Made by a program: the position numbers and the translations under genes. The notes below the pieces were generated by a model. The model was not told the origin of the DNA. It was given only the letters and a program-made list of their open reading frames with translations, and did no database searches. DNA of 64,000 bases from a virus: positions 17,796 through 81,795 of IMG/VR virus record IMGVR_UViG_3300035034_002228; one strand, 5' to 3'. Each line of letters opens with the position of its first letter. Positions within the stretch are counted from its first letter, which is position 1. Shown here one piece after another: positions 9,746 through 20,175 of the stretch.

Positions 9746-10459
9746 ATGTCAAAACTACATTTTCAGGCCACCATTGACCTGAAGAGTGCAATCCCGGATG
9801 GTGAGGCGTGGGTAGTCCAAATTGGCTTTCGGGACGGCGAAGGGTACTTCCGTCCCAGTCAACTCCAGGCGAGCGATGTCATTGTACTGAACACGGGGGC
9901 ACTTGAGCCCGGAACGTACACCCAGTACAAGATCAACGAAGTGATCAATGTCAGCTGGACCGGTGAGATCGAGTTATCGATTCAATACCTAGACGGCAAC
10001 AACAACGACATTGCTAACCCACAACTGGATTACCTGGTTGGCGCGGTAGGTATCGTATCACGTCCCAGCGAACACTTGGGGCTTTTACCAGTCGTGTCGC
10101 CCGATGTTCAGGACATGAGCGACGCGTTCAGTATTTACACGTTGAACCACAACATCGTGAAACTGCTGGACGCACCTCGGTCTGACGGTGGGGGTGGTGG
10201 TGTTGTCCTTAAAACAGCCCAATGGTTGCCCGTTATGGCTGACGGTCGAGCCCCACTCCCAACCGAGCCTCTGGGGGACTTCGTACTGGACATGGGCATG
10301 GCGCATCTGTTGGATGGGTCGGTGGTTGAGTTGTCTGGAGTAAAACCCCAGTTCAATGCCGAAACATCCACATGGTATGCAGTGATCCCCGCAGCAGACA
10401 TTGCTGAACTCCAAGGAATGGTGGGTGCTATCACTGTGTCTTACCTAACCGGTTCTTAA
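9746..10459 (+). CDS. Hypothetical protein (fibre locus)
   Basis: 237-aa ORF with AAGGA RBS, between fibre genes. Confidence 0.75.
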   Translation: MSKLHFQATIDLKSAIPDGEAWVVQIGFRDGEGYFRPSQLQASDVIVLNTGALEPGTYTQYKINEVINVSWTGEIELSIQYLDGNNNDIANPQLDYLVGAVGIVSRPSEHLGLLPVVSPDVQDMSDAFSIYTLNHNIVKLLDAPRSDGGGGGVVLKTAQWLPVMADGRAPLPTEPLGDFVLDMGMAHLLDGSVVELSGVKPQFNAETSTWYAVIPAADIAELQGMVGAITVSYLTGS

Positions 10460-10491
10460 AACACAATCTTTGATATTTCAGGAGCAATAGC

Positions 10492-11487
10492 ATGGCTATT
10501 ATCAAGCGTAATAAATCCACGATTTACGGCCTCGTGAACGACCTCGGTCAAATCAACCAGTCCATCCTGGACGAAGCCGAAGCCCGTAGTAACGCCGACG
10601 GTGATCTGGCGGCACTGACCACCACTGAAAAGACTAACCTCGTTGCGGCTATCAATGAAGTCAAGGGTGCAGCGGATCAGGTCTCCAGTGACGCACTGAC
10701 CAAAGCCGACAACCTCGCCAGCGTAGCTGACGCAGCGGCGGCCCGTACCAACCTGGACGTGATGTCCGGTGGTGAAATCGATCAGGCGATCTCTGACGCG
10801 CAGCTGAACTTCGGTAAGAGTTACAACGTTGCCGACATCGCGTCCCGTGATGCCCTGACCGGTCTGACCAACGTTGACCGTGTCCTGGTTACCGACGACG
10901 GCGATAGCAAATGGGCCCTGTACCAGCCGGAAGCGATCGATGGCGATACCGGTGCAGTTACCAGCTGGGTCAAGCTGTCGGATCAAGACACCCTGGAAAA
11001 CGCCATCAGTGCGTCCACCATCAAGCAGTCTTACGAGTCCAACGCTGACACCAACGCGTTCACCGACGCTGAGCAGACCAAAGTTGGTCACGTCACCGTC
11101 ACCCAGGCGATTGACCTGGACGACGCGGTCCTCAAGGCCAACCTGGCACAAGACCTCGCGTCGTCCAGCGCCACCGACGCGGCACCTTCGGTCCAGTCCG
11201 TTAAGAACTACGCGGACACCGCAGCCCGTGCTGGCGGTGCCATTCCGTTCATGGAAACCGTTGTAATCTCCGGCGATGACATCACACTGACCCATCAACC
11301 ACGTGGTGGTGTTAATGGCATCATGAACTTCGCCACCGTGCGTTACACCCATACTAGCGGTGTGGCATGGGATGCACCGGTTGTTGCCACAGCTGACCCG
11401 AAAGTGTTCACGGTTAACGCCGACCGCGCTGGTCAGTGGGACACTGAGAGCGTTCGTGTTCAGTACCTGTACAGCCCGCAGGCTTAA
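10492..11487 (+). CDS. Virion/fibre-associated protein, paralogue of 19494-20078
   Basis: AGGAG RBS; GDLAALTTTEKTNLVAAINEV fibre motif; shares its N-terminus and C-terminal GIMN.ATV...ATADP...VQYLY domain with the 19494 gene. Confidence 0.8.
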   Translation: MAIIKRNKSTIYGLVNDLGQINQSILDEAEARSNADGDLAALTTTEKTNLVAAINEVKGAADQVSSDALTKADNLASVADAAAARTNLDVMSGGEIDQAISDAQLNFGKSYNVADIASRDALTGLTNVDRVLVTDDGDSKWALYQPEAIDGDTGAVTSWVKLSDQDTLENAISASTIKQSYESNADTNAFTDAEQTKVGHVTVTQAIDLDDAVLKANLAQDLASSSATDAAPSVQSVKNYADTAARAGGAIPFMETVVISGDDITLTHQPRGGVNGIMNFATVRYTHTSGVAWDAPVVATADPKVFTVNADRAGQWDTESVRVQYLYSPQA

Positions 11488-11535
11488 TGGGTACTAGCGG
11501 TATCGAGGGTACCGCTAAACTGTAGTTAAAATCTC

Positions 11536-11593
11536 CTGAAGCTAACGTGGGAAAGGCATCTAAATGGCCTCCTGCGTTAGCTTCAGGTTTATG
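11536..11593 (+). terminator. Long stem-loop (terminator or processing site)
   Basis: CCTGAAGCTAACG...CGTTAGCTTCAGG perfect 13-bp stem with extension, followed by TTTATG; a second hairpin (TAGCGGTAT/GTACCGCTA) lies just upstream. Confidence 0.55.
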
Positions 11594-11615
11594 TGTTCAT
11601 TAGTGGAGAGATACC

Positions 11616-12383
11616 ATGGCTAAGCGTATTACGGAAATGGGCCCGATTGAACTTCCACTCTCCGGAGAAGAGCTGTTGGAAGTGGTTCAGAACGGTGTCA
11701 ACAAGCGGTTCCCGATCGGGGAACTGACGGTTCAAGGTAACGACGGGCTATCGGCATTCGATGTCGCGGTCCGTGAAGGCTTTGAAGGTACTTTGGAAGA
11801 CTGGTTGGCATCATTGCGCGGCCCAGAAGGACCAGTGGGTCCACGGGGACCACAGGGCGTTGAGGGACCGAAAGGGCCCAAGGGTGACACTGGCAACGAT
11901 GGTCCGGCTGGACCCAAAGGAGACGCAGGGCCGGAAGGACCCCAAGGGGAACCAGGACCCGAAGGACCTGAGGGGCCCAAAGGTGAGAAAGGCGATACCG
12001 GTGATACTGGCCCAACCGGACCTAAGGGCGACAAAGGTGATAAGGGTGATACGGGTGACCCCGGCCCAGTTGGACCTGAGGGACCATCAGGTGGAGGTGG
12101 TGGTAGTAACTTTGTAACCATCCAAGCCACCAGCTGGAGTGCGGGACAGTTTACCTTGCCTGAAGGAGTAACGGTCGAGAAGATCTACTCGGACAGCTCC
12201 CTGCAAATCAACCATGGGCAGAACAAATACCCGAAGGGTTGGTTTGGGTTCATTCGAGAGTCGGACCCTTGGGTAGGTATCATCCCAACCAACGTTCGGA
12301 ACATTCAAATCGTCGATGCGAATACGATCATTATCACAAACGTGTCCAGCTTCGAAATCTTTGATATTTCCATTCAGTTTTAA
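11616..12383 (+). CDS. Short collagen-like protein
   Basis: KRITEM N-terminus, [20 protein letters not shown] module, about 30 Gly-X-Y triplets, globular C-terminus. Confidence 0.85.
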   Translation: MAKRITEMGPIELPLSGEELLEVVQNGVNKRFPIGELTVQGNDGLSAFDVAVREGFEGTLEDWLASLRGPEGPVGPRGPQGVEGPKGPKGDTGNDGPAGPKGDAGPEGPQGEPGPEGPEGPKGEKGDTGDTGPTGPKGDKGDKGDTGDPGPVGPEGPSGGGGGSNFVTIQATSWSAGQFTLPEGVTVEKIYSDSSLQINHGQNKYPKGWFGFIRESDPWVGIIPTNVRNIQIVDANTIIITNVSSFEIFDISIQF

Positions 12384-12399
12384 CACGAGGGACTGATTT

Positions 12400-12912
12400 A
12401 TGATCAACGCGGGGATAAAGATTGCTTCTTTTAATGGCAAGCAGTCATTCAACAGCGAAACCCAGCTTTGGGAAGGCATTGAAGTCAGTGTCAACTACCC
12501 TGGAAAGCAAACGCCGGTGGACAACCCAATACAGATCGGTGACCTGCTCATTGAACCGGGTGGGAGCATCTGGCAAGTTGAGGCGGCGACGGTTCTGGAT
12601 GATGTCGCCGGCGTATTCGAGCTGTCGCTGTCAATGCTGGAAGAAGAAACCACGGACGCGGTCTCACCGGGTCTGGGTACGGTCAACCGAGGTGGTATTG
12701 TAACTCCCAAACAAGGGTATGTGGCACCACATTGGGATTCAACCATCGTCGACGCGAACGTGTCTCGAATTGCCTCCATGATCACCATGGAAAACTACGA
12801 CAAACTGTTTGGTGGTGGTGACGGTAGCGATGCGGGGGATGGATCGACCGATACTGGGCCAGTATGGCTTGGTGTGGTGGACGGCGGTGAACTGGGCAAC
12901 TCAGGAGCATAA
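12400..12912 (+). CDS. Hypothetical protein (fibre locus)
   Basis: 170-aa ORF, GAGG RBS, ends in VVDGGEL. Confidence 0.75.
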   Translation: MINAGIKIASFNGKQSFNSETQLWEGIEVSVNYPGKQTPVDNPIQIGDLLIEPGGSIWQVEAATVLDDVAGVFELSLSMLEEETTDAVSPGLGTVNRGGIVTPKQGYVAPHWDSTIVDANVSRIASMITMENYDKLFGGGDGSDAGDGSTDTGPVWLGVVDGGELGNSGA

Positions 12913-12915
12913 CCC

Positions 12916-15900
12916 ATGTCAGGAAACGAAAGAAGGTATCGGTTCCCTCGCGGTAATACCGAACAAAACAACAGTTATACCGGGTACGATGGGGAAGTCA
13001 CCATCGATACCGAACTCAATCAACTGCGTCGTCACGACGGCGTAACCCCCGGTGGTTTTGTCATCGCCTCCGGCGGTGGCGGTGAGATTGGGGATGTCAG
13101 CGAACTGATCGACACCGGCATTCTTGTCGTTGGTACGCTGTCCACCCCCGACAATCTTCCGGAAGCGTGGGAACATTCCACCGGTGATACATACATCATA
13201 GACACCCACTACTACACCCTGATCGGCAACACCTGGGAAAACCTCGGGTCGTTCCGTGGGGAAGACGGCCTGAACGCGTACGAACTGGCCGTGACCCGTG
13301 ATGGGTATACCGGCACGTATGGTCAGTGGAAAGAAAGCCTGCGTGGACAAGACGGCATTGGCATCAACGTCCGTGGCTCGCTGCCGAATCTTGAAACACT
13401 GGATTTGGTGGAACCGGTCCGGGGTCACGCGTACGTGATCGATCGGAAGATGTACGTTTGGGACACCCAGAAATGGGCCGAGGTGGGGCAAGTTGGTCCC
13501 CCCGGGATGAGCACTTACGAGTTGGCCAAGGTCACCGGTCAAATCGAAGAGTCCACCACCCTGACGCAGTACCTCAACTCCCTCAAAGGGCAAAGTGCGT
13601 TTCAGCTGGCGCGGGAGATTGAAGAAATCCCGTCGAACTGGGGCCTTGAAGATTACCTCGAATCCCTGCAAGGCAAAAGCGCGTACGACATGGCCGTGGA
13701 AAACGGCTACGTTGGGACGATTGACGACTACCTTGCCTCGCTGGTAGGACCTGAGGGTCCCCAGGGTCCCCGTGGTCTACGCGGTGATAAGGGTGAACAA
13801 GCCAACGCCATTCAGGTGTTGGGTAAGGTGGTGTCTTATCTGGACCTTCCAACCGAGGGCGTGTCTCCAGGTGACGCGTATTTCATCCAGAAGAACCTCT
13901 GGGTCTATACAGGCTCGCGTTTTGAAGACCTGGGTGAGATTGTAGGGCCACAAGGTGAACAGGGCTTACAAGGACCCTCAGGCCCTCCTGGGGACCAAGG
14001 TCCCGAAGGGCTGAGCGCGTACGAAGTGGCCATCAACAACTACCTGTTCGACGGCGACGAAGAAGCGTGGATTGCGTCCCTGGAAGGGAAGAGCGCCTAC
14101 GAGATTGCCAAAGAGTTCGACTACGGTAATGAGATCGAAAGCGAGGAACAGTGGCTGGAGTCATTGAAAGGCAAGAACTCGTATGAGACCGCCATTGAAC
14201 TTGGCTTGGTGGCTACGGTTGAAGAGTGGAATGAGAAGATGCGTGGTCCGGAAGGGCCGATGGGTCCTCAGGGTCCCATGGGTCGCAGTCTGGAGATTTC
14301 CGGCTACGTTCAAGACCCCGATGCCCAACCACTGCCAACAGACGTCTCCCCGTACACCGCGTACGTGGTTCAAGATCACCTACACATGTTCACCGGCACC
14401 GAATGGGTCGACCTTGGACGCTTTGAAGGTCCCAAGGGGGACAAAGGCGATAAGGGTGACAAGGGCGATACCGGTGAGAAAGGCGAGGTTGGTACCGGCA
14501 TTCAGGTAAAAGGCGCCGTAGCCTCTGAATTGGCCCTACCCAACATCCAAGACTACGTCGACGGTGACTGTTTCTTCGTTGAGAAGAACCTCTACGTGAA
14601 AACCGGCGGTCTGTGGTTGAACGTTGGGGAAGTGAAAGGCGATCAAGGGGAAAAGGGCGAACAAGGTGACCAAGGTCTGACTGGCGACCGTGGACCACGT
14701 GGCACCAACGGTCGAAACGGTCGCAGTGGTCGGAACGGCCGCAACGGCTTGCATGGTTGGAACGGGCGTAATGGCCGGACTGGTCGTCAAGGTCCCATGG
14801 GCGCGCCCGGTCCGCGTGGGTTTACCGGTTCGCCGGGCGCGTCCATTAAAGTGAAAGGGTCGGTACCGGCGGTGAGCTTCTTGACCGACCAAGGGAACGA
14901 GGTCGGTGATGCGTACATCGTCGAGAACGAGTTCCATGTGTGGGATGGCACACAGTGGACCAACGTAGGATTCCTACAGGGCCCTCGCGGTGTGGACGGC
15001 CCCCGTGGTCTGCAGGGTCCCGTTGGACCGATGGGGGTGAAAGGCGACCAAGGCGTTCCTGGCCCACAAGGCATCGAAGGGGTGCAAGGCTCGGACGGTC
15101 GTCAAGGTCCCATGGGCCTGTCTATCAATGTCCTGGGTCGTGTCTCTACCTTTGCGAGTCTGGACGCCAAGTCCCGACCGTCGTTTGGCGACGCGTACAT
15201 CGTCGACGATACCGAGGGTGAGGTTTACGCGTGGGACGGCGAAGCGTGGCAGGGTCTGGGTCCGGTCCAAGGTCCCGAAGGACCTCCTGGTCCAATCCCT
15301 ACCCCACGTGGTGTAGCGGTTGACCCGGATTACCTGTTCAATCAAATCCTGAACCCGAAGAAAGGCGATTTCTACACCATCGCGGGTGAAGCCTGGATTC
15401 ATGACGGTGAGACGTTCATCAACGTCGGTCAGTGGACCGGACCCGAAGGTCCCAAGGGCGACAAAGGTGATCAAGGCGAAAAGGGTGACGCGGGGGATGA
15501 CGGCCACGGCATCATCGTTCTTGGCGAACTGGGTGATGTAAACGACCTACCCTTGACCTCCAGCCGTGGGGATTTCTACGTGGTCACCGGTGACCTGTGG
15601 GGCTGGGACGGCGCCCGTTGGGTTAACTACGGTCCTTTCCGTGGTCCCACCGGACCGGCTGGACCAAAAGGCATTGATGGCATCGACGGTGTGGATGGCA
15701 TCGACGGTGAACAAGGCCCGCAGGGTGAACGCGGTCTGCAAGGCGAAACCGCCGCCAGCATCAAGGTACTGGGCTCGAAAGCCACCGTGGGCGAACTGCC
15801 GGACGGCAGCACCAGCGAGGTCGGTGATGCGTACATCGTCGGTGACCGATTCTACGTGTGGAACAGTGCCATTTGGGAAGACGTTGGCTTCCTGCAAGGC

Positions 15901-17502
15901 CCTCGTGGCATTCAGGGCGAACAAGGTCCTCGTGGTCCCACAGGTCCGCAAGGTCGGGCTGGTGAGCAGGGACCGCAAGGTTCTACCGGCGCACAAGGCC
16001 CTGTGGGTGCGGAAGGTCCTCAGGGTGAGAAGGGCGATACCGAAGCGGCCATCTACGTCATCGGTAGCCTGGAAAGCAGCGTTGCCCTGCCCACCACGGG
16101 CAATGAACGCGGCGACGCGTACATCATCGACCAGAGCTTCTGGGTCTGGGACGGTGCTGAATGGAGCGATGTCGGTTTCATTCACGGTCCGAAAGGGGAT
16201 CGGGGGGATACCGGTCCTGCCGGTCCGCAAGGTCCGTTAGGCCCACGTGGGATTCAAGGTCCTCAGGGTGAACAAGGCCCAGAAGGTGAGAAAGGTCTCC
16301 AGGGTCCCATGGGCATTTCCATCCGAATCATCGGCAGTCAGCCGACCATCTCGGACATTCCGGACCGTCAGCACCAAGTTGGTGACGCGTACATCATCGA
16401 TGGGGTTGTGTACACCTACGATGGGTACAGCTGGATCGACATTGGCCAGTTCCAGGGTCAGCGTGGTCCTCAGGGCCCCAGTGGTCTGGACGCCTACGAA
16501 ATGGCGGTCAATAAAGGATTCACTGGCACCTTTGAAGACTGGGTGGAATCCCTGCGCGGTCCACAAGGCGATGCCGGTGCGGGACTCACGTTCCTAGGCA
16601 TCCTGGGTGACGCTGAGGAATTGCCGACCACCAACAACATGAACGGGGACATGTACCGCAAAGGTCCACACCTGTATGTTTGGGTCGACACCGCCTGGAA
16701 GAACATGGGCATCATACAAGGCCCCCGTGGTGACGAAGGTCCCGAAGGTCCTGCCGGCCCCGAGGGTCCGCAAGGGATGCGTGGCCCACAGGGTACCGCC
16801 TGGCTGTCGTTCGAACGTGATCCGGACACCCTGGACGGTTTGAAGGGCGACTACGCGATCAACACCATCACCAACGACTACTTCCTCAAGGTGGACGAGT
16901 TCCTCTGGGTGAAGCTCGGCCGGATGGGCGGCGGTACCGTGGAAGAAGCCCCGACCTCCGGTGGGCGTTACGTTCGTGCCGAAGGTGGCTGGAAGCCACT
17001 CAAGGAAGGTGTGACCGAAGCGCCAGTGAACGGCGAAGCGTACATGCGTATCGACGGGACGTGGACGCTGTACAGACCACCGATCGTTGACGTAGAAACC
17101 AGCACCCCGCATCACCGTGTGAAGGGTTCTTGGGTCCCGGTTGAGCTGACGGACGCCCCGGTGGACGATCAAACCTACTTCCGTCGTAATAAGAAGTGGG
17201 TGCCGTTCAACCGGTACACGTTGAAGAACGAAAGTGTCGATACGGTGATGGACCTGTCCATTGCCCAGACCTTCAACATCGCAGCCACTCGCGATAAGGC
17301 ATTGTCGTTTACCAACGCGCCGGGCGCGGATCGCACCATGACGGTGGTAGTGACCATCGCCGGAGACGGCGGTATCATCACATGGCCGGACAGTGTGTTC
17401 TTTAAGGACGAAGTACCGCCAACATTGGGCACCAACTACACCGTGGTGGTCATGTATTGGACGGGCTCGATCTGGATCGGGAAACTGATGGAAGCCATTT
17501 AA
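12916..17502 (+). CDS. Giant modular collagen-like fibre protein (1528 aa)
   Basis: Mtd_N-like start (RG..EQ...YTG..GEVTIDT....[11 protein letters not shown]); 13-14 GDAY...WDG..W.NVG modules; 8 SAYE.A modules; Gly-X-Y runs; 4 foldon-like repeats; fibre-type C-terminal domain. Confidence 0.9.
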   Translation: MSGNERRYRFPRGNTEQNNSYTGYDGEVTIDTELNQLRRHDGVTPGGFVIASGGGGEIGDVSELIDTGILVVGTLSTPDNLPEAWEHSTGDTYIIDTHYYTLIGNTWENLGSFRGEDGLNAYELAVTRDGYTGTYGQWKESLRGQDGIGINVRGSLPNLETLDLVEPVRGHAYVIDRKMYVWDTQKWAEVGQVGPPGMSTYELAKVTGQIEESTTLTQYLNSLKGQSAFQLAREIEEIPSNWGLEDYLESLQGKSAYDMAVENGYVGTIDDYLASLVGPEGPQGPRGLRGDKGEQANAIQVLGKVVSYLDLPTEGVSPGDAYFIQKNLWVYTGSRFEDLGEIVGPQGEQGLQGPSGPPGDQGPEGLSAYEVAINNYLFDGDEEAWIASLEGKSAYEIAKEFDYGNEIESEEQWLESLKGKNSYETAIELGLVATVEEWNEKMRGPEGPMGPQGPMGRSLEISGYVQDPDAQPLPTDVSPYTAYVVQDHLHMFTGTEWVDLGRFEGPKGDKGDKGDKGDTGEKGEVGTGIQVKGAVASELALPNIQDYVDGDCFFVEKNLYVKTGGLWLNVGEVKGDQGEKGEQGDQGLTGDRGPRGTNGRNGRSGRNGRNGLHGWNGRNGRTGRQGPMGAPGPRGFTGSPGASIKVKGSVPAVSFLTDQGNEVGDAYIVENEFHVWDGTQWTNVGFLQGPRGVDGPRGLQGPVGPMGVKGDQGVPGPQGIEGVQGSDGRQGPMGLSINVLGRVSTFASLDAKSRPSFGDAYIVDDTEGEVYAWDGEAWQGLGPVQGPEGPPGPIPTPRGVAVDPDYLFNQILNPKKGDFYTIAGEAWIHDGETFINVGQWTGPEGPKGDKGDQGEKGDAGDDGHGIIVLGELGDVNDLPLTSSRGDFYVVTGDLWGWDGARWVNYGPFRGPTGPAGPKGIDGIDGVDGIDGEQGPQGERGLQGETAASIKVLGSKATVGELPDGSTSEVGDAYIVGDRFYVWNSAIWEDVGFLQGPRGIQGEQGPRGPTGPQGRAGEQGPQGSTGAQGPVGAEGPQGEKGDTEAAIYVIGSLESSVALPTTGNERGDAYIIDQSFWVWDGAEWSDVGFIHGPKGDRGDTGPAGPQGPLGPRGIQGPQGEQGPEGEKGLQGPMGISIRIIGSQPTISDIPDRQHQVGDAYIIDGVVYTYDGYSWIDIGQFQGQRGPQGPSGLDAYEMAVNKGFTGTFEDWVESLRGPQGDAGAGLTFLGILGDAEELPTTNNMNGDMYRKGPHLYVWVDTAWKNMGIIQGPRGDEGPEGPAGPEGPQGMRGPQGTAWLSFERDPDTLDGLKGDYAINTITNDYFLKVDEFLWVKLGRMGGGTVEEAPTSGGRYVRAEGGWKPLKEGVTEAPVNGEAYMRIDGTWTLYRPPIVDVETSTPHHRVKGSWVPVELTDAPVDDQTYFRRNKKWVPFNRYTLKNESVDTVMDLSIAQTFNIAATRDKALSFTNAPGADRTMTVVVTIAGDGGIITWPDSVFFKDEVPPTLGTNYTVVVMYWTGSIWIGKLMEAI

Positions 17503-17512
17503 TCCACCCATA

Positions 17513-17543
17513 ATGGGGAGGGGTGACCCCTCCCCACACTTTT
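17513..17543 (+). terminator. Probable terminator
   Basis: TGGGGAGGGG-TGA-CCCCTCCCCA then CACTTTT. Confidence 0.55.
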
Positions 17544-17556
17544 ACAGTGAACGCCT

Positions 17557-18168
17557 ATGGACACTTACATTAATTTGACAACGGGACAATACCCACTGAC
17601 CTTGGAGGAAATACGGCGAGAGCTTTTGACCGTATCCCTACCAAAAGCCCCCACCGAGGAACAGCTTCGACGGTGTGGCTATGGGTTGGTGAAACCGACC
17701 AAACGCCCCGCCGGTACCAACGTGGTGGGAACAGCCCCACGGTATCAGAACGGGCAGTTTTACCAAACTTGGGAGGTGGTGGAGAGTGCGGATTTGGGCG
17801 AGTGGCAACAAGAGCTTAAACGGTTGCTGGATACGACCTACAACACCCTGTTGACTCAGGGATGGACGTACGGTACTCACCAAGTCGACCTTGTCAACAG
17901 TGAGGAACTGAATTGGTTTTTCTTAGAGTGCTTATCGTCACAAGACGATCACTCGGACGAGCCGGTTTTGTTTTATACGCCCAATGGCGATGCGGTGGAG
18001 TTTGACTGGGAGACAGGATTGCAATTCGTCAAGGACGCGGTGCGGTATCGACGTTCGTTGAAACGCGGGTACCACCACGGACTTACGCACATTCGTGAGT
18101 GCGAGTGTGTGGCGGATTGCAAATCTGTTAAACGCAAGTTAGAAACAAAGGAAGTCTTCCAATGTTAG
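17557..18168 (+). CDS. Hypothetical tail-fibre-associated protein
   Basis: YINLTTGQYP..IR...VSLP and P....G.FYQTWEV resemble small fibre-accessory proteins. Confidence 0.65.
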   Translation: MDTYINLTTGQYPLTLEEIRRELLTVSLPKAPTEEQLRRCGYGLVKPTKRPAGTNVVGTAPRYQNGQFYQTWEVVESADLGEWQQELKRLLDTTYNTLLTQGWTYGTHQVDLVNSEELNWFFLECLSSQDDHSDEPVLFYTPNGDAVEFDWETGLQFVKDAVRYRRSLKRGYHHGLTHIRECECVADCKSVKRKLETKEVFQC

Positions 18169-19313
18169 AAACGTTACTAGGGGCCGCTGGCAACAGCACA
18201 CCCGGCGTCTCATTCACGGTCACCCCACGGGCAAGTTCGTTCAACGCCGGCAACGCCGTGGAGTTTACCATTCAACCAACGGACCCCATTCCAGGGTTTG
18301 TCTACAGTTGGTCGGTGGGTGGTTCAATCGACCCCGAACTCATCGACGGGCCGACCTCGGGCACGTTCAGTTTTAGTGACACCGAATCGGTCACGGTCTC
18401 GGTCACCACGCTGATTGACGAGTTTAAGGACACGGGGGAAACGCTGATCCTGAACATTCACCCGTCTGAAACCAGCAGTTCGGTGGTGGCGCAATCCATT
18501 CCCGTTAACATCATTTATTCCAGTCACCCCACTGGGAGTCACCTTCAAGTGGCTACCGGTACACGCCAATGGGTCGTCCCAACGGACGTCACTAAGATCA
18601 GTGCGGTGTGTATCGGTGGTGGTCAAGGGGCGAACTATACCCGGCGTGGACCAGGTGGTGACGGCGGTGATTTACGCTGGCGGAACGACATCCCGGTGGT
18701 GCCAGGGGAAACCCTGACGCTGGAAGTCGGCGCCGGTGGTTTAAACAGTGCCGATTTGGCCACCCGCCAAGGCGGTACGACCCTCATCAAACGGGGCGAC
18801 AGTGTACTGCTCGCCGCTGGTGGGGGCGGCACTACCGACAGTGTTGATTTCACCGACACCATTGGTGGTGGTAATGGAGGTCAGGGTGCCGACGGTGGCG
18901 AGAACGGTCCTGGCGGCGGTGGCGGTGCCGGCGGATACTCCGGCGACGGTGGTGATGGCGGTAACGCGGTCATTGACGCTCTGCCTGGGGAAGGCGGTGC
19001 TGGCGGTGGCGGTGCCTACTACTTTACCGAAAGCAACAACAGCCATCACGCTACGCCAGGTGGGGGTGTTGGTCTTTATGGTCAAGGCAGTAGTGGTACG
19101 GCCGGTACCCGTAACGACACCATGACTGCCGGTGGTGGCGGTGGCTCCGGTGGCGACGACGGGACCTGGATCGTGACGGGTCTCTACGGGGCCGGGGCAC
19201 GCGGTAACTCCTCCAACAACTACTTCGGGGCCGTAAACGGAGCCAACGGGGCGGTTCGTTTAATCTGGGGACCCGCCCGAGAATTCCCGAACAACAACAC
19301 AGCCGACCTCTGA
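18162..19313 (+). CDS. Glycine-rich domain virion protein with N-terminal Ig-like region
   Basis: WVVPTDVTKISAVCIGGG start, many GGGG tracts and GANGAVRLIWG end are typical of phage glycine-rich domains. Confidence 0.8.
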   Translation: MLETLLGAAGNSTPGVSFTVTPRASSFNAGNAVEFTIQPTDPIPGFVYSWSVGGSIDPELIDGPTSGTFSFSDTESVTVSVTTLIDEFKDTGETLILNIHPSETSSSVVAQSIPVNIIYSSHPTGSHLQVATGTRQWVVPTDVTKISAVCIGGGQGANYTRRGPGGDGGDLRWRNDIPVVPGETLTLEVGAGGLNSADLATRQGGTTLIKRGDSVLLAAGGGGTTDSVDFTDTIGGGNGGQGADGGENGPGGGGGAGGYSGDGGDGGNAVIDALPGEGGAGGGGAYYFTESNNSHHATPGGGVGLYGQGSSGTAGTRNDTMTAGGGGGSGGDDGTWIVTGLYGAGARGNSSNNYFGAVNGANGAVRLIWGPAREFPNNNTADL

Positions 19314-19454
19314 TGCCAATATTATAGATTCAAGCACCTCTCTACTCAGCACACTGCATAAGTTCACCACGGGGGTGTCCCTGTGGATGATCCCTGTTTT
19401 TGGTCCAACAGTCCCGTTGACCACACGTAGGTTACTGACGGAGATTGGGAGGGT

Positions 19455-19462
19455 GTAATATA
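19455..19462 (-). promoter_or_regulatory. phiKZ-type early promoter core TATATTAC, antisense to the fibre operon
   Basis: Exact match to the phiKZ early consensus on the - strand in an intergenic gap, with AT-rich upstream DNA. Confidence 0.45.
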
Positions 19463-19493
19463 AACAATTTTTGACGCATTGGAGTTCAGACCC

Positions 19494-20078
19494 ATGGCTA
19501 CGGTTAAACGGGATAAAGCCAGTATATTCGGACTGAAGATTCAACTGGGTGAGATCGAAACTCGGGTGCAGGAACTGTTTGACAGTGGTCTGCTCACGGT
19601 GGAAGACCGGGACCTGTTGAACAAGTTGACGACTTCCGAAGCGGTTAATTTGGACAACGCGGTGACCACCGAGCGCTTGGCCGCAAACATTTCCGACCTT
19701 CAGTCCGATGCCCTGGCGGCGAACGTCACCGCCATCCGAGAGTACGTTTTGGGCGCCCTGCAGATGGGTGGTCCCAGTGTCATGGTGGAAACCCGACCCA
19801 TTTACAACGGTCGGGTGACCTTGACGTACAAACCCCACTCCGGGGTCCATGGCATCATGAATTACAGTACGGTCCAGTTCGATCTGGATGGTCAGTTGCA
19901 TCAGTTAAAGCTGACCGCCACGGCCGATCCGTACCAGTTCCTCGTTGATCCAAAAGGGTTGGACATCGAGGGGTACAACGTTCAGGTTCAGTACCTGTAC
20001 CACCACGACGCTCGGGATCTCAATGCCTTGATTGGCGAGATGATTCTCGACGGGTTGGTGTTAATCGAACCTGAATAA
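19494..20078 (+). CDS. Virion/fibre-associated protein, shorter paralogue of 10492-11487
   Basis: GGAG RBS before ATG 19494; MATVKRDKASIFGL vs MAIIKRNKSTIYGL; shared C-terminal domain. Confidence 0.8.
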   Translation: MATVKRDKASIFGLKIQLGEIETRVQELFDSGLLTVEDRDLLNKLTTSEAVNLDNAVTTERLAANISDLQSDALAANVTAIREYVLGALQMGGPSVMVETRPIYNGRVTLTYKPHSGVHGIMNYSTVQFDLDGQLHQLKLTATADPYQFLVDPKGLDIEGYNVQVQYLYHHDARDLNALIGEMILDGLVLIEPE

Positions 20079-20175
20079 CTACCAATATTATGTGAGTTAA
20101 CACTCACACTGAACATGGCCGAGCCTTGAGATTTTCTCTTCGGTCATTCACAACATGCAATTGGAGTTTTACCCC

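Noticed and set aside
12916-13080. Diversity-generating retroelement suggested by the Mtd_N-like domain
   Set aside because: No reverse transcriptase, and no TR/VR pair differing at adenines was seen; this N-terminal domain is a generic fibre anchor.
7603-17511. Long antisense and alternate-frame ORFs over the collagen genes (e.g. 7603-8292, 15547-16230, 16594-17511)
   Set aside because: Shadows of GC-rich Gly-X-Y codon periodicity; no RBS or recognisable motifs.
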